59,979 nt of DNA, taken from the IMG/VR virus record IMGVR_UViG_3300032298_000389. The stretch is one strand, 5' to 3'. The translations under genes were made by a program, and so were the position numbers. The DNA comes from an uncultured virus (IMG/VR IMGVR_UViG_3300032298_000389) (Duplodnaviria > Heunggongvirae > Uroviricota > Caudoviricetes). The notes under the pieces are model-generated. The model ran no database searches, was not told the origin of the DNA, and was given only the letters and a program-made list of their open reading frames with translations. This document shows positions 46,712 through 55,692 of this stretch, piece after piece (the first letter of the stretch is position 1; each line of letters opens with the position of its first letter).

Positions 46712-48059
46712 TTTTTTCTTCTGTTGGATTAGTATTTAATTCTTCAGCCGGGGTCCCTGGAATTTCATTTAATTCAGATTCGGAAACATTTTCTAACTGT
46801 TCTAACTCTATTAACTCTGACTTAAGTTCATTTCTCTCAATTCTTAGTAATGCAGTTTCTATGTCATCATCAGAGATTTCAATGTCATTTTCAACCCCGT
46901 CAACCCCTGTAGCAACCCCCGCAACCCCTGGGATTGAATTTAGGTCCTCTAAATTAGCATGTAGTTCAACAACCTCTTCTTCAACTTGACCCTCTGGTAC
47001 AAAGTCTTCTATATTTTTATAGACATAGTTTTTATTTAACAAAGCAAGAGTTGCTTCATCAACAGTAATAGTTTTTACTTTAAAGTAATCAGTACCACCT
47101 CTTGATTCAATCTCATGGGCATATTTGTCCATAATGATATTTATTTTTTCTGTGTCAAGAACACCCTTGTCAATCAAAGACTTCATTATATCATCTATGT
47201 CTGTATTCATATAACCATCTTTATTTAGATATCCTAGTAAAGACTTGAAGTTAACATGCTTTTTAGTATGACAGTTGAACATTTGATTATGATACTGTTT
47301 AAACAATAACTCTAAATAGAGTAAGCTATCTATATAGTTAGAATTAGCCATGATTTCCATTGCCAAGATATGATTATCATTATCTGAGCTTTTAAACATG
47401 TCAGATAACTGCTCAAACATTACTGAATCTATGATAACTGCATCAGGACCATTAATATACTTTAATAATTCAGCCTCATCATAAATTGTAAGAGTAGTAA
47501 CTGCAGGAAAATAATCCCTATAAGAATCATCAACTGCATAGAATGTTCTAGAGTTACCGATAGATGCTACAAGTCCTTCAATCTTTCTTGCTTCAACAAA
47601 TGGATATTCATTTCTAATTTCACTAGAAGAACTATAATCCATATACACACACTCTTCTTGATAAAATTCTAGTGCTGTCTCCACATTTTGAATATAATAA
47701 TCATCCATAAACTGTTTTACAGTCTCAAACATCTGTTTAAAATGATCAGTTGACATTCTGTAATACCAATAATTACTTGTTATTTTGTGTGTAGTACTTC
47801 TACCAGCAAAGATATGTGTTGCTTCATCTATATTTCTTACAGATTTAATACCATGTTCCATGGTTAGGTCTTTTAGTTTTACCCGAGGAATATTTACACC
47901 AGGTAGAAAATACAATTTGTCTCCTTTAGTAGGGACGTAGTTATCATTTGAAATTACAAAACCAGATTGATTATTATCTTCATTACCAAAAGTTGTATCA
48001 ACTTTCATAATAACTTCTGAGGCATTAGCTTCAATTTCAAAAAACAAATAATTTTTCAT
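46683..48059 (-). CDS. Hypothetical protein with BRCT-like N-terminal segment and acidic tail (458 aa)
   Basis: KGDKLYFLPG..IPRVKLKDL...HGIKSVRNIDEATHIF resembles the BRCT core. Contains the LxxMxxSSDxDN motif and lies immediately downstream of the AAA+/VWA pair. Confidence 0.55.
   Translation of the reverse strand: MKNYLFFEIEANASEVIMKVDTTFGNEDNNQSGFVISNDNYVPTKGDKLYFLPGVNIPRVKLKDLTMEHGIKSVRNIDEATHIFAGRSTTHKITSNYWYYRMSTDHFKQMFETVKQFMDDYYIQNVETALEFYQEECVYMDYSSSSEIRNEYPFVEARKIEGLVASIGNSRTFYAVDDSYRDYFPAVTTLTIYDEAELLKYINGPDAVIIDSVMFEQLSDMFKSSDNDNHILAMEIMANSNYIDSLLYLELLFKQYHNQMFNCHTKKHVNFKSLLGYLNKDGYMNTDIDDIMKSLIDKGVLDTEKINIIMDKYAHEIESRGGTDYFKVKTITVDEATLALLNKNYVYKNIEDFVPEGQVEEEVVELHANLEDLNSIPGVAGVATGVDGVENDIEISDDDIETALLRIERNELKSELIELEQLENVSESELNEIPGTPAEELNTNPTEEKNDTNDFEWF
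46892..46928 (-). repeat. Four copies of GGGGTTG (G-quadruplex-type pattern)
   Basis: CAACCCC on the + strand at 46892, 46901, 46913 and 46922. Confidence 0.85.
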
Positions 48060-48075
48060 TGTCTTAAGTTTAATA

Positions 48076-48097
48076 AAGGGGAGTATTACCTCCCCTT
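48076..48097 (-). terminator. Intergenic hairpin, terminator- or processing-site-like
   Basis: AAGGGGAG-GTAATA-CTCCCCTT followed by TATT on the - strand, 16 nt before the ATG at 48059. Confidence 0.6.
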
Positions 48098-48153
48098 ATG
48101 TTTGTTTTAGTTTAAAATAATGGGTTTTTAAAGGGGAAACCTTCTACGTTGAC

Positions 48154-49323
48154 TTATTTTACAGCCATCTTCACCACGTCCTGATTCATCATCAATGGAC
48201 TAAACTTAACTTTATTACCGTTAACAATCTCTTTGACCATGTAATATCTAAGGTCATTAGTAAATGCTTCACAGTCTGTAGTAAGTTTAGCTATCCTGTC
48301 AATGATTGGTTTACCTATGCTTCCTTTCTCAGCCAAAGTCAATGAATAGTTAATTACCCTAGTTGCAATCACACTAGATATATCAGCACGGAAGTCATCA
48401 TCTTTTCCTACTGCATTAGTAAGAGAGTTCATAACATACTGTTCATCCTTAGTTAGGATATCTACAGGACTAATGATTCTGTCAAGTTTATTATTAATGA
48501 ACATAGTAAACATTGAACTAAAATCTACACCAACAGAACCCTCACCAATCATTTGGATCAACGGAAGATCATCTTCAAACTTAGGTACAGAACTAATAGC
48601 ATTAAAGAAAGTAGTAATAGATCTTGGATTAATTCTTTGAGTTACCAATTCTGGGTGCATCAACATAAAGTTAATACATCTACCATCTATGTTTGCTTTC
48701 TCTGCCCACTTAGCCCACACATCAGCATCATATTTCAACTCAACAGAAATAAATCTAGTCTTCTGAGCTACGTCAAGACTAGTTACATTATAGTCACCAT
48801 TGTCCGGATTAGTAGTCAAGATTACATGCCAGTTCTTTGGTAGTTTCCAAGAAACATATTCTTGTCTATCTAGAATCTCCATAGTGGCTTGCATAAATCT
48901 TGCATCAGCACGAGTATAGTCATCTAATACTAAGAAACCACCTTCACCTTTACCCTGAATCCATTCAGGAGCAGCATGTGACATTCTTTTTCCAATAACT
49001 TTGTATCCTTTTGCACTAGCTGCAGATATCTGAGACTCATTAATCCATGTAGTCTTACCTTCTGCATTTTGTATCTGAAATTCTTTTACAGGAAACCCAA
49101 CCAAGTCACCTAATTCTTCTAGCTGAGATAAATTCAGCTTTACAACATCCATTTGTAATTCTTTACCCAACTGCATGATAGCAGAAGTTTTACCCAAACC
49201 AGCATCACCTTCAATATTAATAGCCACAGGAACTTTTCCTTCAGACTGAATGTGTTGGTTATTCTTAACCATGTGTTTAATAAAACTTTTTAACTCTTCA
49301 ACATTTAATTGTACTTGGCTCAT
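48154..49323 (-). CDS. MoxR-like AAA+ ATPase
   Basis: Walker A GDAGLGKT, Walker B LVLDD, sensor TTNP and LDVAQKTRF; adjacent to a VWA gene. Confidence 0.85.
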   Translation of the reverse strand: MSQVQLNVEELKSFIKHMVKNNQHIQSEGKVPVAINIEGDAGLGKTSAIMQLGKELQMDVVKLNLSQLEELGDLVGFPVKEFQIQNAEGKTTWINESQISAASAKGYKVIGKRMSHAAPEWIQGKGEGGFLVLDDYTRADARFMQATMEILDRQEYVSWKLPKNWHVILTTNPDNGDYNVTSLDVAQKTRFISVELKYDADVWAKWAEKANIDGRCINFMLMHPELVTQRINPRSITTFFNAISSVPKFEDDLPLIQMIGEGSVGVDFSSMFTMFINNKLDRIISPVDILTKDEQYVMNSLTNAVGKDDDFRADISSVIATRVINYSLTLAEKGSIGKPIIDRIAKLTTDCEAFTNDLRYYMVKEIVNGNKVKFSPLMMNQDVVKMAVK

Positions 49324-49333
49324 ACTCTTTTTT

Positions 49334-50515
49334 TTATAGTTCTAATTTAATTACTTTTCCTGGTAGACTGTCATTCATACTTGATTGTTCTGACAAGACC
49401 CATAGAACATTTCCTTTAGGTCTTACACTTGTCCAACATTCACCGTCAGTAAAATACACCAGGCTTGTATATTTCTTCAGGTTTTCATTAAAATACTCTA
49501 GGACAGGATCAAATTCAGTCCCACCTCTCCCAAATGCACTCATCTCAAATTTACCTTTGTAAGGTTCAATTGATCTGATACGTGTATCACATTGTACAAC
49601 AGTAACATCAACACCACATTTATAAATATGGTAGATTTCACTCATAAATTCTTTAAGTTCTGAATCACTTACAGAACCTGAAGTATCTATGGCCAACAAC
49701 ATATGTTGTCTCATTTTTACTTTAAGACCAGGATTGTCACTAAATCTACGGTTTTCTTTCCTTCTGATCTTCTTAGTAAATACCTTGGTACTTACACCAG
49801 TAAATCTCCTAATGAATCCTCTCCAGTCAAATTTAGGTTTAACAATCTCTTCAATTATGATCAACCCTTCTATCTCTCCGGGGACAGTACCTCTCTTCTT
49901 TTCTGTCTGCTCTTTAGCATCAGTAAGAACTTTCTGTAACTGTTTCTCTATAAGTTTCTGTTCTGCCTCTGTAAGATCTTCAAAGTCTTCCCAAGTACTA
50001 TGATCAGGTATGTCACCATTCTCTATATCCTCAAGAAGTTTATCCATATTAGAGTCTCCAGTACTACCATTCTTATCTTTTTCATCCTGAAGTTGATTCA
50101 GTTTGTCATAATAATACCTAGCACCGGCCTTTCTATCTAGTTCTATATCAGTATAGTTATCTATATCAATACCACCTTCAGGTAGATACTGTTTACTTAT
50201 ATACTGATTTATCTCCATATCCATTGCTACATTAGCTAGTTTCTTGTTAGTAAACTTAAAGAATGTAGTAAGATGTCCAAAAGCAATATGTAATAACTCA
50301 TGCTTCAATAATCCATATCTGTGGTCTTCACTAAGACTTTCCCAGAACTCTGTGTTAATAGTAAGCTGATAATTAATTCCATTCTTGCTCACACCAGCTG
50401 TAGGAACTCTTTTACTGTCCCATAGCTTATTCAACATAATGAGAAAAAACCCGTAATAGGGCTCTTTCAACATTAGTTCTTTACCTGTTTTACTTAAACT
50501 CTGTTGTTTGTCCAT
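49334..50515 (-). CDS. Metallopeptidase plus VWA domain protein (DUF2201-like)
   Basis: HELLH zinc motif and NVAMDMEIN; MIDAS DTSGS, GRGGTEF and YFTDGE. Confidence 0.85.
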   Translation of the reverse strand: MDKQQSLSKTGKELMLKEPYYGFFLIMLNKLWDSKRVPTAGVSKNGINYQLTINTEFWESLSEDHRYGLLKHELLHIAFGHLTTFFKFTNKKLANVAMDMEINQYISKQYLPEGGIDIDNYTDIELDRKAGARYYYDKLNQLQDEKDKNGSTGDSNMDKLLEDIENGDIPDHSTWEDFEDLTEAEQKLIEKQLQKVLTDAKEQTEKKRGTVPGEIEGLIIIEEIVKPKFDWRGFIRRFTGVSTKVFTKKIRRKENRRFSDNPGLKVKMRQHMLLAIDTSGSVSDSELKEFMSEIYHIYKCGVDVTVVQCDTRIRSIEPYKGKFEMSAFGRGGTEFDPVLEYFNENLKKYTSLVYFTDGECWTSVRPKGNVLWVLSEQSSMNDSLPGKVIKLEL

Positions 50516-50909
50516 TGTCTTTTAGTTTAATATTTATTTCAAAACTATCTGTTGGATACCCAATTTGTTCCAACATACTTGTCATATCTCTGACAAAATA
50601 TTCCATAAACAACTCTACTGAAGTCTTAGAACCCTTCTGAGCTGTAATAAGACTAAGAGTTCTTGGACTACTAAGATTACTTTCTCCAACTATACTCACT
50701 AGTTTGCTGTGTATTTTCTTCCCAGCCTCAGACCAATCAGATTTTGTTACACCAGAGAACTTATACATTACAAGTAACTCTCCTATGTATTTATCTACAT
50801 CAACATTCTTCAATGCCTGAAATGCTACAATATGATTCTCTTTATCAGAGGATTGTAACATGTTTAATAAATTTCTTGTTTCTTCCTTGTCAAAAATCAT
50901 TTTTGCCAT
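50490..50909 (-). CDS. Hypothetical protein (139 aa)
   Basis: Coupled to neighbouring genes; N-terminal LLNMLQSSDKENHIVA motif. Confidence 0.7.
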   Translation of the reverse strand: MAKMIFDKEETRNLLNMLQSSDKENHIVAFQALKNVDVDKYIGELLVMYKFSGVTKSDWSEAGKKIHSKLVSIVGESNLSSPRTLSLITAQKGSKTSVELFMEYFVRDMTSMLEQIGYPTDSFEINIKLKDNGQTTEFK

Positions 50910-51259
50910 CAGTCTTCAATTTTTAAAGTTTTTATTGCCCATTTCTCAGGTTTACCACTTGCAATCATATCTACCCATTCCTTTGCAGTAGGGATATAGT
51001 TGTTGCAATCCTCTTTGACATGTTGTTCTCCTACATATCTTACATATACATCTTTACCATCAGAGTTGGTAATAGTCATACCAAATCTTTGTTCACATTC
51101 AAATATACCCTCACTGTGGTGTCTGAATACTCTATGCATACTGTGTCCAATCCATCCTTTAGTTTCATCAAACCATTTATGGATTTCTAAATAATCTACA
51201 GGAGATCCTCCAAACTTTTTAGCTGAAGATTTTGCATGTTGCCAAGGATGTGCCATCAC
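50909..51259 (-). CDS. DUF6915-like His-rich protein
   Basis: HPWQHAKSSAKKFGG, IHKWFDETK, HRVFRHHSEGIF and VGEQHVKED match the family pattern from memory. Confidence 0.7.
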   Translation of the reverse strand: MMAHPWQHAKSSAKKFGGSPVDYLEIHKWFDETKGWIGHSMHRVFRHHSEGIFECEQRFGMTITNSDGKDVYVRYVGEQHVKEDCNNYIPTAKEWVDMIASGKPEKWAIKTLKIED

Positions 51260-51441
51260 TTCTTTTTTAAATATTCAATAACTTTTTCCCAGTAAGTTCT
51301 ATTTTTCATCTTACCATCATTGTAAGGTGCTAAAGAATAAATTGCTTTAGCAGACTTTAATGATTCTTCCTTAGCTTTTTCAGGACCATGTAACTTTAAT
51401 GCATAATCATACATTTCACTAGCTTTTTCTCTTTCTTTCAT
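51256..51441 (-). CDS. Hypothetical protein (61 aa)
   Basis: 4-nt start/stop overlaps with both neighbours. Confidence 0.65.
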   Translation of the reverse strand: MKEREKASEMYDYALKLHGPEKAKEESLKSAKAIYSLAPYNDGKMKNRTYWEKVIEYLKKK

Positions 51442-51845
51442 TCTTCTTCTGTTTTACTAAATAAATCTCCATCATGAAAGAAATCTTCTGTCTCAGTAAC
51501 TCTTACATGATTATTTATAATATATTTTCCTGAAGGAACACATATACATAAATTTCCAAAGCCACCTTCATTATTCCACCAGTCTTCTATATCATTAAGA
51601 AGTTTTTCATCAGCAAATGATTCAATTTGATAATAAAGATCTCCACCTAGATTTGTTAAAGCAGATTCAGTTTCCCAATCATCTATATTATCATTTACAT
51701 CTTCTGGAGTATCACACTTTTCTTTTGTAAAACCAATCCATTCTATGGCACCGGAGTCTCCTCCACCATCATATTTTACTTTAATACCAGTAACACCAAG
51801 ATCAGCCAACTTAAATAGGAGGCTTGTCAATTCTACTTCTGTCAT
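51438..51845 (-). CDS. DUF6878-like acidic protein
   Basis: LGVTGIKVKYDGGGDSGAIE and WWNNEGGFG motifs match the family pattern from memory. Confidence 0.65.
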   Translation of the reverse strand: MTEVELTSLLFKLADLGVTGIKVKYDGGGDSGAIEWIGFTKEKCDTPEDVNDNIDDWETESALTNLGGDLYYQIESFADEKLLNDIEDWWNNEGGFGNLCICVPSGKYIINNHVRVTETEDFFHDGDLFSKTEEE

Positions 51846-51847
51846 AA

Positions 51848-52273
51848 TTACTTTGTTTTATAAAATCTTCCTAAAATATTTCCATTTAGGAATTCATCTT
51901 TCTCAAGCACCTCATATAGAAACTGGTGCTTTACTTCTTGATATGTTAACTCCATCTGAGTAGAACAAATCATAAGAATTTCTCTTTTGATAGTTATTCC
52001 TGCTTTATGAGCATCTTTTAGAATCTTATTACTACTGTAATATCTCATAAAATCAGGTTTTAACTCTCTCTTGTACTTCTTAAGTCTCTTGTCTGTGGAC
52101 ATTGCTAGAGCTTTTTTACCAAGAGGTTTCTTTATATTAGCAAAGAAGTTCTTCTTACCAATGTATGCAACAGACTTACCATCTATGATAGCAGTCATAA
52201 TATAAATAAATCCTACACCTCCTACAGGTATATCACCTTCATTAAATTCTTTTCCTTGATAAATCCAGCTCAC
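51848..52273 (-). CDS. GIY-YIG family endonuclease
   Basis: GFIYIM...AYIGKK, YYSS, REIL, a conserved E (YQE) and a terminal N (LNGNI). Confidence 0.75.
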   Translation of the reverse strand: MSWIYQGKEFNEGDIPVGGVGFIYIMTAIIDGKSVAYIGKKNFFANIKKPLGKKALAMSTDKRLKKYKRELKPDFMRYYSSNKILKDAHKAGITIKREILMICSTQMELTYQEVKHQFLYEVLEKDEFLNGNILGRFYKTK

Positions 52274-52571
52274 GTTGCATGTGTATTAATTTACTTTTAA
52301 AAACTTCATTTTCACCTTTATGGTGTAAGTAATGGATTGTTATTTCAGCTAACTCAAGTTGAAACATAGCATTTTCTTTTTTAAGATCATCTAACTGTTC
52401 TTCAAGAAGTATATTTTGTGCTTCAAGTGTAGATATCTTATCTTTAAGTTCAGCTATTTCTTCATTGAGGTCCTTTAACTCTATCTCAATTTTATTTCTT
52501 AGATCTCCAAAAAAACTACTAGCATAGTCAATATGCTCCTCAAGGTCATTCATTGTTCTTTCTAAACTCAT
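52242..52571 (-). CDS. Coiled-coil hypothetical protein (109 aa)
   Basis: Heptad L/I periodicity; coupled to the primase stop. Confidence 0.65.
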   Translation of the reverse strand: MSLERTMNDLEEHIDYASSFFGDLRNKIEIELKDLNEEIAELKDKISTLEAQNILLEEQLDDLKKENAMFQLELAEITIHYLHHKGENEVFKSKLIHMQRELDLSRKRI

Positions 52572-53548
52572 AATGCTTGTTTTAATAATGGAAATAATAT
52601 TTCTCTAACTTCATCTACACCATGATCTCTTACTGAATCAGAAAGATCTTTAGACATATCTAGATTTACATACTCAAAACCATATTTGTCTTTATACTTT
52701 TGAGCAGACTTTAGTCCAGGCTCATCATTATCAAATAATACAATGATCTTTTGATACTTATCTAAAAGGGGTCTCATAAAATTTTCTGGTATTACACTGT
52801 TCTCACTGTCTGGAGAAATAGATTCAATACCTGTGATTCCTAATCTTTTAAAACACATTAAGTCCTTTAAAGAAGAAGTAATTATCAAATACTTAGATTT
52901 AAACTCAAGCTGATCAGAACCCTGTATATAATCATGCACTTTAATAAACTTGTTGTCTTTGTTTTTTGGAGTATAGATCTTATACAATGTACCATCTTCT
53001 CTAAAATAACCATAAATAAAATTAGCTTTGATATGTACAGTATCTAATATACGTCCTTCATCATCTTCTTTGATCATAGTATAAAAAGACAGTGGATAAA
53101 CATTATGACCTTCTAATATAGAGGATGATAATTTAAAACCTTTCCAATATGCTTGGTCTAATGTATTCCAGTGTCTCATTTCATAATCAGAAACAACATA
53201 TTTACTTTGAGGTTTATAATCAATAGGTACATAAGTATTGTTAGAAATATATACAGCATAGTCTTCCATTATTCTAAAAGAAGCTTTACCTCTACCATCT
53301 AAATTATACAAATGCATTACAAGATTAAGTCCATCACCACCATAGCCTGAAGAAAAATCTTTAAACTTGTAGTGACCCTTACTATCTGTATAAATACACA
53401 TAGAAGGAACTTTATCACTTGTATTAAATGCAGATTTGATTTTGAGACTTTGACCAGATAGTCTTTCAGTCAGTTTAAGATAGTGTTCAAATACCCATTC
53501 TCTAGGTACATCATTTAAATCAGAAATTATTGTTGCAGTTGAAATCAT
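52568..53548 (-). CDS. DNA primase (DnaG-like TOPRIM, crAss-type)
   Basis: Degenerate CHC2-like N-terminus SAFN..DKVPSM...FKDFSSGYGGD; TOPRIM LIITSSLKD and VLFDNDEPG; KDLSD. Confidence 0.8.
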   Translation of the reverse strand: MISTATIISDLNDVPREWVFEHYLKLTERLSGQSLKIKSAFNTSDKVPSMCIYTDSKGHYKFKDFSSGYGGDGLNLVMHLYNLDGRGKASFRIMEDYAVYISNNTYVPIDYKPQSKYVVSDYEMRHWNTLDQAYWKGFKLSSSILEGHNVYPLSFYTMIKEDDEGRILDTVHIKANFIYGYFREDGTLYKIYTPKNKDNKFIKVHDYIQGSDQLEFKSKYLIITSSLKDLMCFKRLGITGIESISPDSENSVIPENFMRPLLDKYQKIIVLFDNDEPGLKSAQKYKDKYGFEYVNLDMSKDLSDSVRDHGVDEVREILFPLLKQAL

Positions 53549-53561
53549 ATTCTAAAATTTA

Positions 53562-53592
53562 AAATAAGGGGGAACCCCTATTGATTCCCCCT
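53562..53592 (-). terminator. Intergenic hairpin, terminator-like
   Basis: GGGGGAATC...GGTTCCCCC stem followed by CTTATTT on the - strand, between the SSB-like gene and primase. Confidence 0.55.
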
Positions 53593-53601
53593 AACTATTT
53601 T

Positions 53602-54282
53602 TTAGTCTAGAGAGAAATCAGTAGAAGGTTTGATTGATTTAAAATCATCATCATCACCAAATTTAGAAACTTCAGTATTCTCAAGTTTCTTCAAATGAAG
53701 TTTTTCATCATATCTAATTACTTTACCTTCTTCTACTTCACCAAATGCATACTTACCTTTTTCTGCTTTTGGCAACCACATGTCATAATTAGTATATCCA
53801 GTTTTACCTACATATTCTTTACCTGCAATACAGAATTCCAAATAAATATCTTTAATAGGAGCAGATGCATTAAATGAGTCTACAAAGTCTTCAATAGTAT
53901 CATGTTTGTTATGTTGAGCTTGCATCCAATCATTAACACCCATAGTTTTACAAAGATTCTGTAAGAAGATCAAAATAGATCTATCTCTTTGAATTTTAAT
54001 ACCAGTCTTAGTCTCACCATCTGCAAATGCATACTGAGAAGCTTTAATTCTACCAATCTGACCTTTAAAATGTCCTTTCTCAGGATTGTCTTTATCAAGA
54101 GCAAATCCTTCAAAACCTTCAATAGGTTCAGTCTCTACGTGCAATATCAAATGATATGCATCTTTAATAAACTTAAACTCCTCCAGTTCTACGTTGTTAA
54201 TTTTTAATACTTTGTTACCTGGACTAATTGTTTTTGGTAAACCGGATCCACCGGTACCAAGATCTTCTGTACTTAAAGCCAT
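53602..54282 (-). CDS. Putative single-stranded DNA-binding protein
   Basis: Beta-rich body with acidic/aromatic tail (GDDDDF...DFSLD), located between the AAA_24 ATPase and primase. The call rests on context. Confidence 0.5.
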   Translation of the reverse strand: MALSTEDLGTGGSGLPKTISPGNKVLKINNVELEEFKFIKDAYHLILHVETEPIEGFEGFALDKDNPEKGHFKGQIGRIKASQYAFADGETKTGIKIQRDRSILIFLQNLCKTMGVNDWMQAQHNKHDTIEDFVDSFNASAPIKDIYLEFCIAGKEYVGKTGYTNYDMWLPKAEKGKYAFGEVEEGKVIRYDEKLHLKKLENTEVSKFGDDDDFKSIKPSTDFSLD

Positions 54283-54305
54283 TTTACTTTACTTTTTTTT
54301 AATTA

Positions 54306-55025
54306 TTAAACAAAAACTTTTTCCCATGATGTTTTAATAACACCATCAATCATCTCAGAAATTACTATTTCTTCATTACGTAAATGCTCTGGTCTTGCAC
54401 CACAAGTAACTTCTTCATTTGTCTTGAAAGACAAAATAGTTTTGTTACCTTTTCGGTACATATACCCAATAGCATCTGCATTTGCACAAATTAAAGATTT
54501 AATCTTACCTGTCAAGTCTATGTTAGCTGACATGACCATCTCACCCTTATCATCTACCACTTTGTCTTTAATATGACCTGATAGAATAATAGTAGGTGCG
54601 AATTTATCAATAAAATCTAAAATATGAAAGAATGCTTTTCTAATATACAAATAACCTGCACCATTAGGTAAACTTGCTACATTATCTCCAGTATAATTTT
54701 TACCCATTGCAGTTTCTCTATAGAAATCTACAGCTAGGGGCATAATCATATCTTCTAATGCAGTTACAGTATCAATAGTAACATACTTGTATGGAAAACC
54801 TGCAGCTTGAATTGCTTTACCAACTTGGGATAGTTCTTCAAGATTAGTTACTTTGACTTTAAGAGCTTCCACATAATCAGAACCATTCTCAAGATCTATA
54901 ATCAGATTGTCTTCTAAACCTGCATATGCAGTAGTTTTACCAGTTTTAGGTTTAGAATAAATTACAATTCTTTTAGGATTCACTCTTTCTGCTTTGACTT
55001 TTTTAGTTGGAAGTACTATACTCAT
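54306..55025 (-). CDS. AAA_24/Sak4-like recombination ATPase
   Basis: YSKPKTGKTT Walker A, IDLENG, VTIDTVT, and GAGY...ILSGH...ADAIGY. Confidence 0.8.
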   Translation of the reverse strand: MSIVLPTKKVKAERVNPKRIVIYSKPKTGKTTAYAGLEDNLIIDLENGSDYVEALKVKVTNLEELSQVGKAIQAAGFPYKYVTIDTVTALEDMIMPLAVDFYRETAMGKNYTGDNVASLPNGAGYLYIRKAFFHILDFIDKFAPTIILSGHIKDKVVDDKGEMVMSANIDLTGKIKSLICANADAIGYMYRKGNKTILSFKTNEEVTCGARPEHLRNEEIVISEMIDGVIKTSWEKVFV

Positions 55026-55687
55026 ATTTCACTTTTTGTTTGTTTAATCAGATCATTTAACCATGGTCTTGCACTTACAGGTTTCATCAACATGATTGCT
55101 GCAAAATCTAAAATTGTCATTTCAGTTAATGGAGCATCTGCAATTTCTGTATTTGCAAATTCAGGTTCTACTTCTTTCTTAGGAGTAAATTCTTGTTCAA
55201 AGTCTGGAAATAAACTTAATGACTTTTGTAACTGTGGTACTTCAAGTTTAGCTTCTTCTTTTCTCTTTTCATAAAGAGAATAACTAATCTCTTGTCCACT
55301 AGGTAGTACAGCAACCATCTCACCTAAAGAAACTAGATATTTTCTATCTACTTTACCATCGGCATCAATAGTTTCTGTAACATCATACTCTTCATTGTAA
55401 AAAGGATTAAACTTAAGTTTAAACAACTGTCTGTCTTCTATTCCAGGAACAATATCTGTGTTTTTTCCTGATCCATCATATACATTCTCATAGAACTCAA
55501 TATAGATGTCTTCTCCTTTTTTCAATTCCCATTCAAAGAACTGACATTGTTTTCCAAACTTACCTTTCTTAAAGAAAGCAGTTTTAATAGTAAAAAATGG
55601 ATCTGCTAATCCAATTGTTTTGAAAGTATCCATATGCTGCATATAGAATTCTCTTTCTTTTTCTTTTCTTAAATTGTTGTTATTCAT
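55022..55687 (-). CDS. Hypothetical protein (221 aa)
   Basis: Packed between helicase and ATPase genes with no recognised motif. Confidence 0.7.
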   Translation of the reverse strand: MNNNNLRKEKEREFYMQHMDTFKTIGLADPFFTIKTAFFKKGKFGKQCQFFEWELKKGEDIYIEFYENVYDGSGKNTDIVPGIEDRQLFKLKFNPFYNEEYDVTETIDADGKVDRKYLVSLGEMVAVLPSGQEISYSLYEKRKEEAKLEVPQLQKSLSLFPDFEQEFTPKKEVEPEFANTEIADAPLTEMTILDFAAIMLMKPVSARPWLNDLIKQTKSEI

Positions 55688-55692
55688 GTTAA

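Noticed and set aside
51848..52273. GIY-YIG gene as an intron-borne or mobile homing endonuclease
   Set aside because: It is free-standing, the neighbouring genes are intact, and there is no intron-like flank or extra DNA-binding domain.
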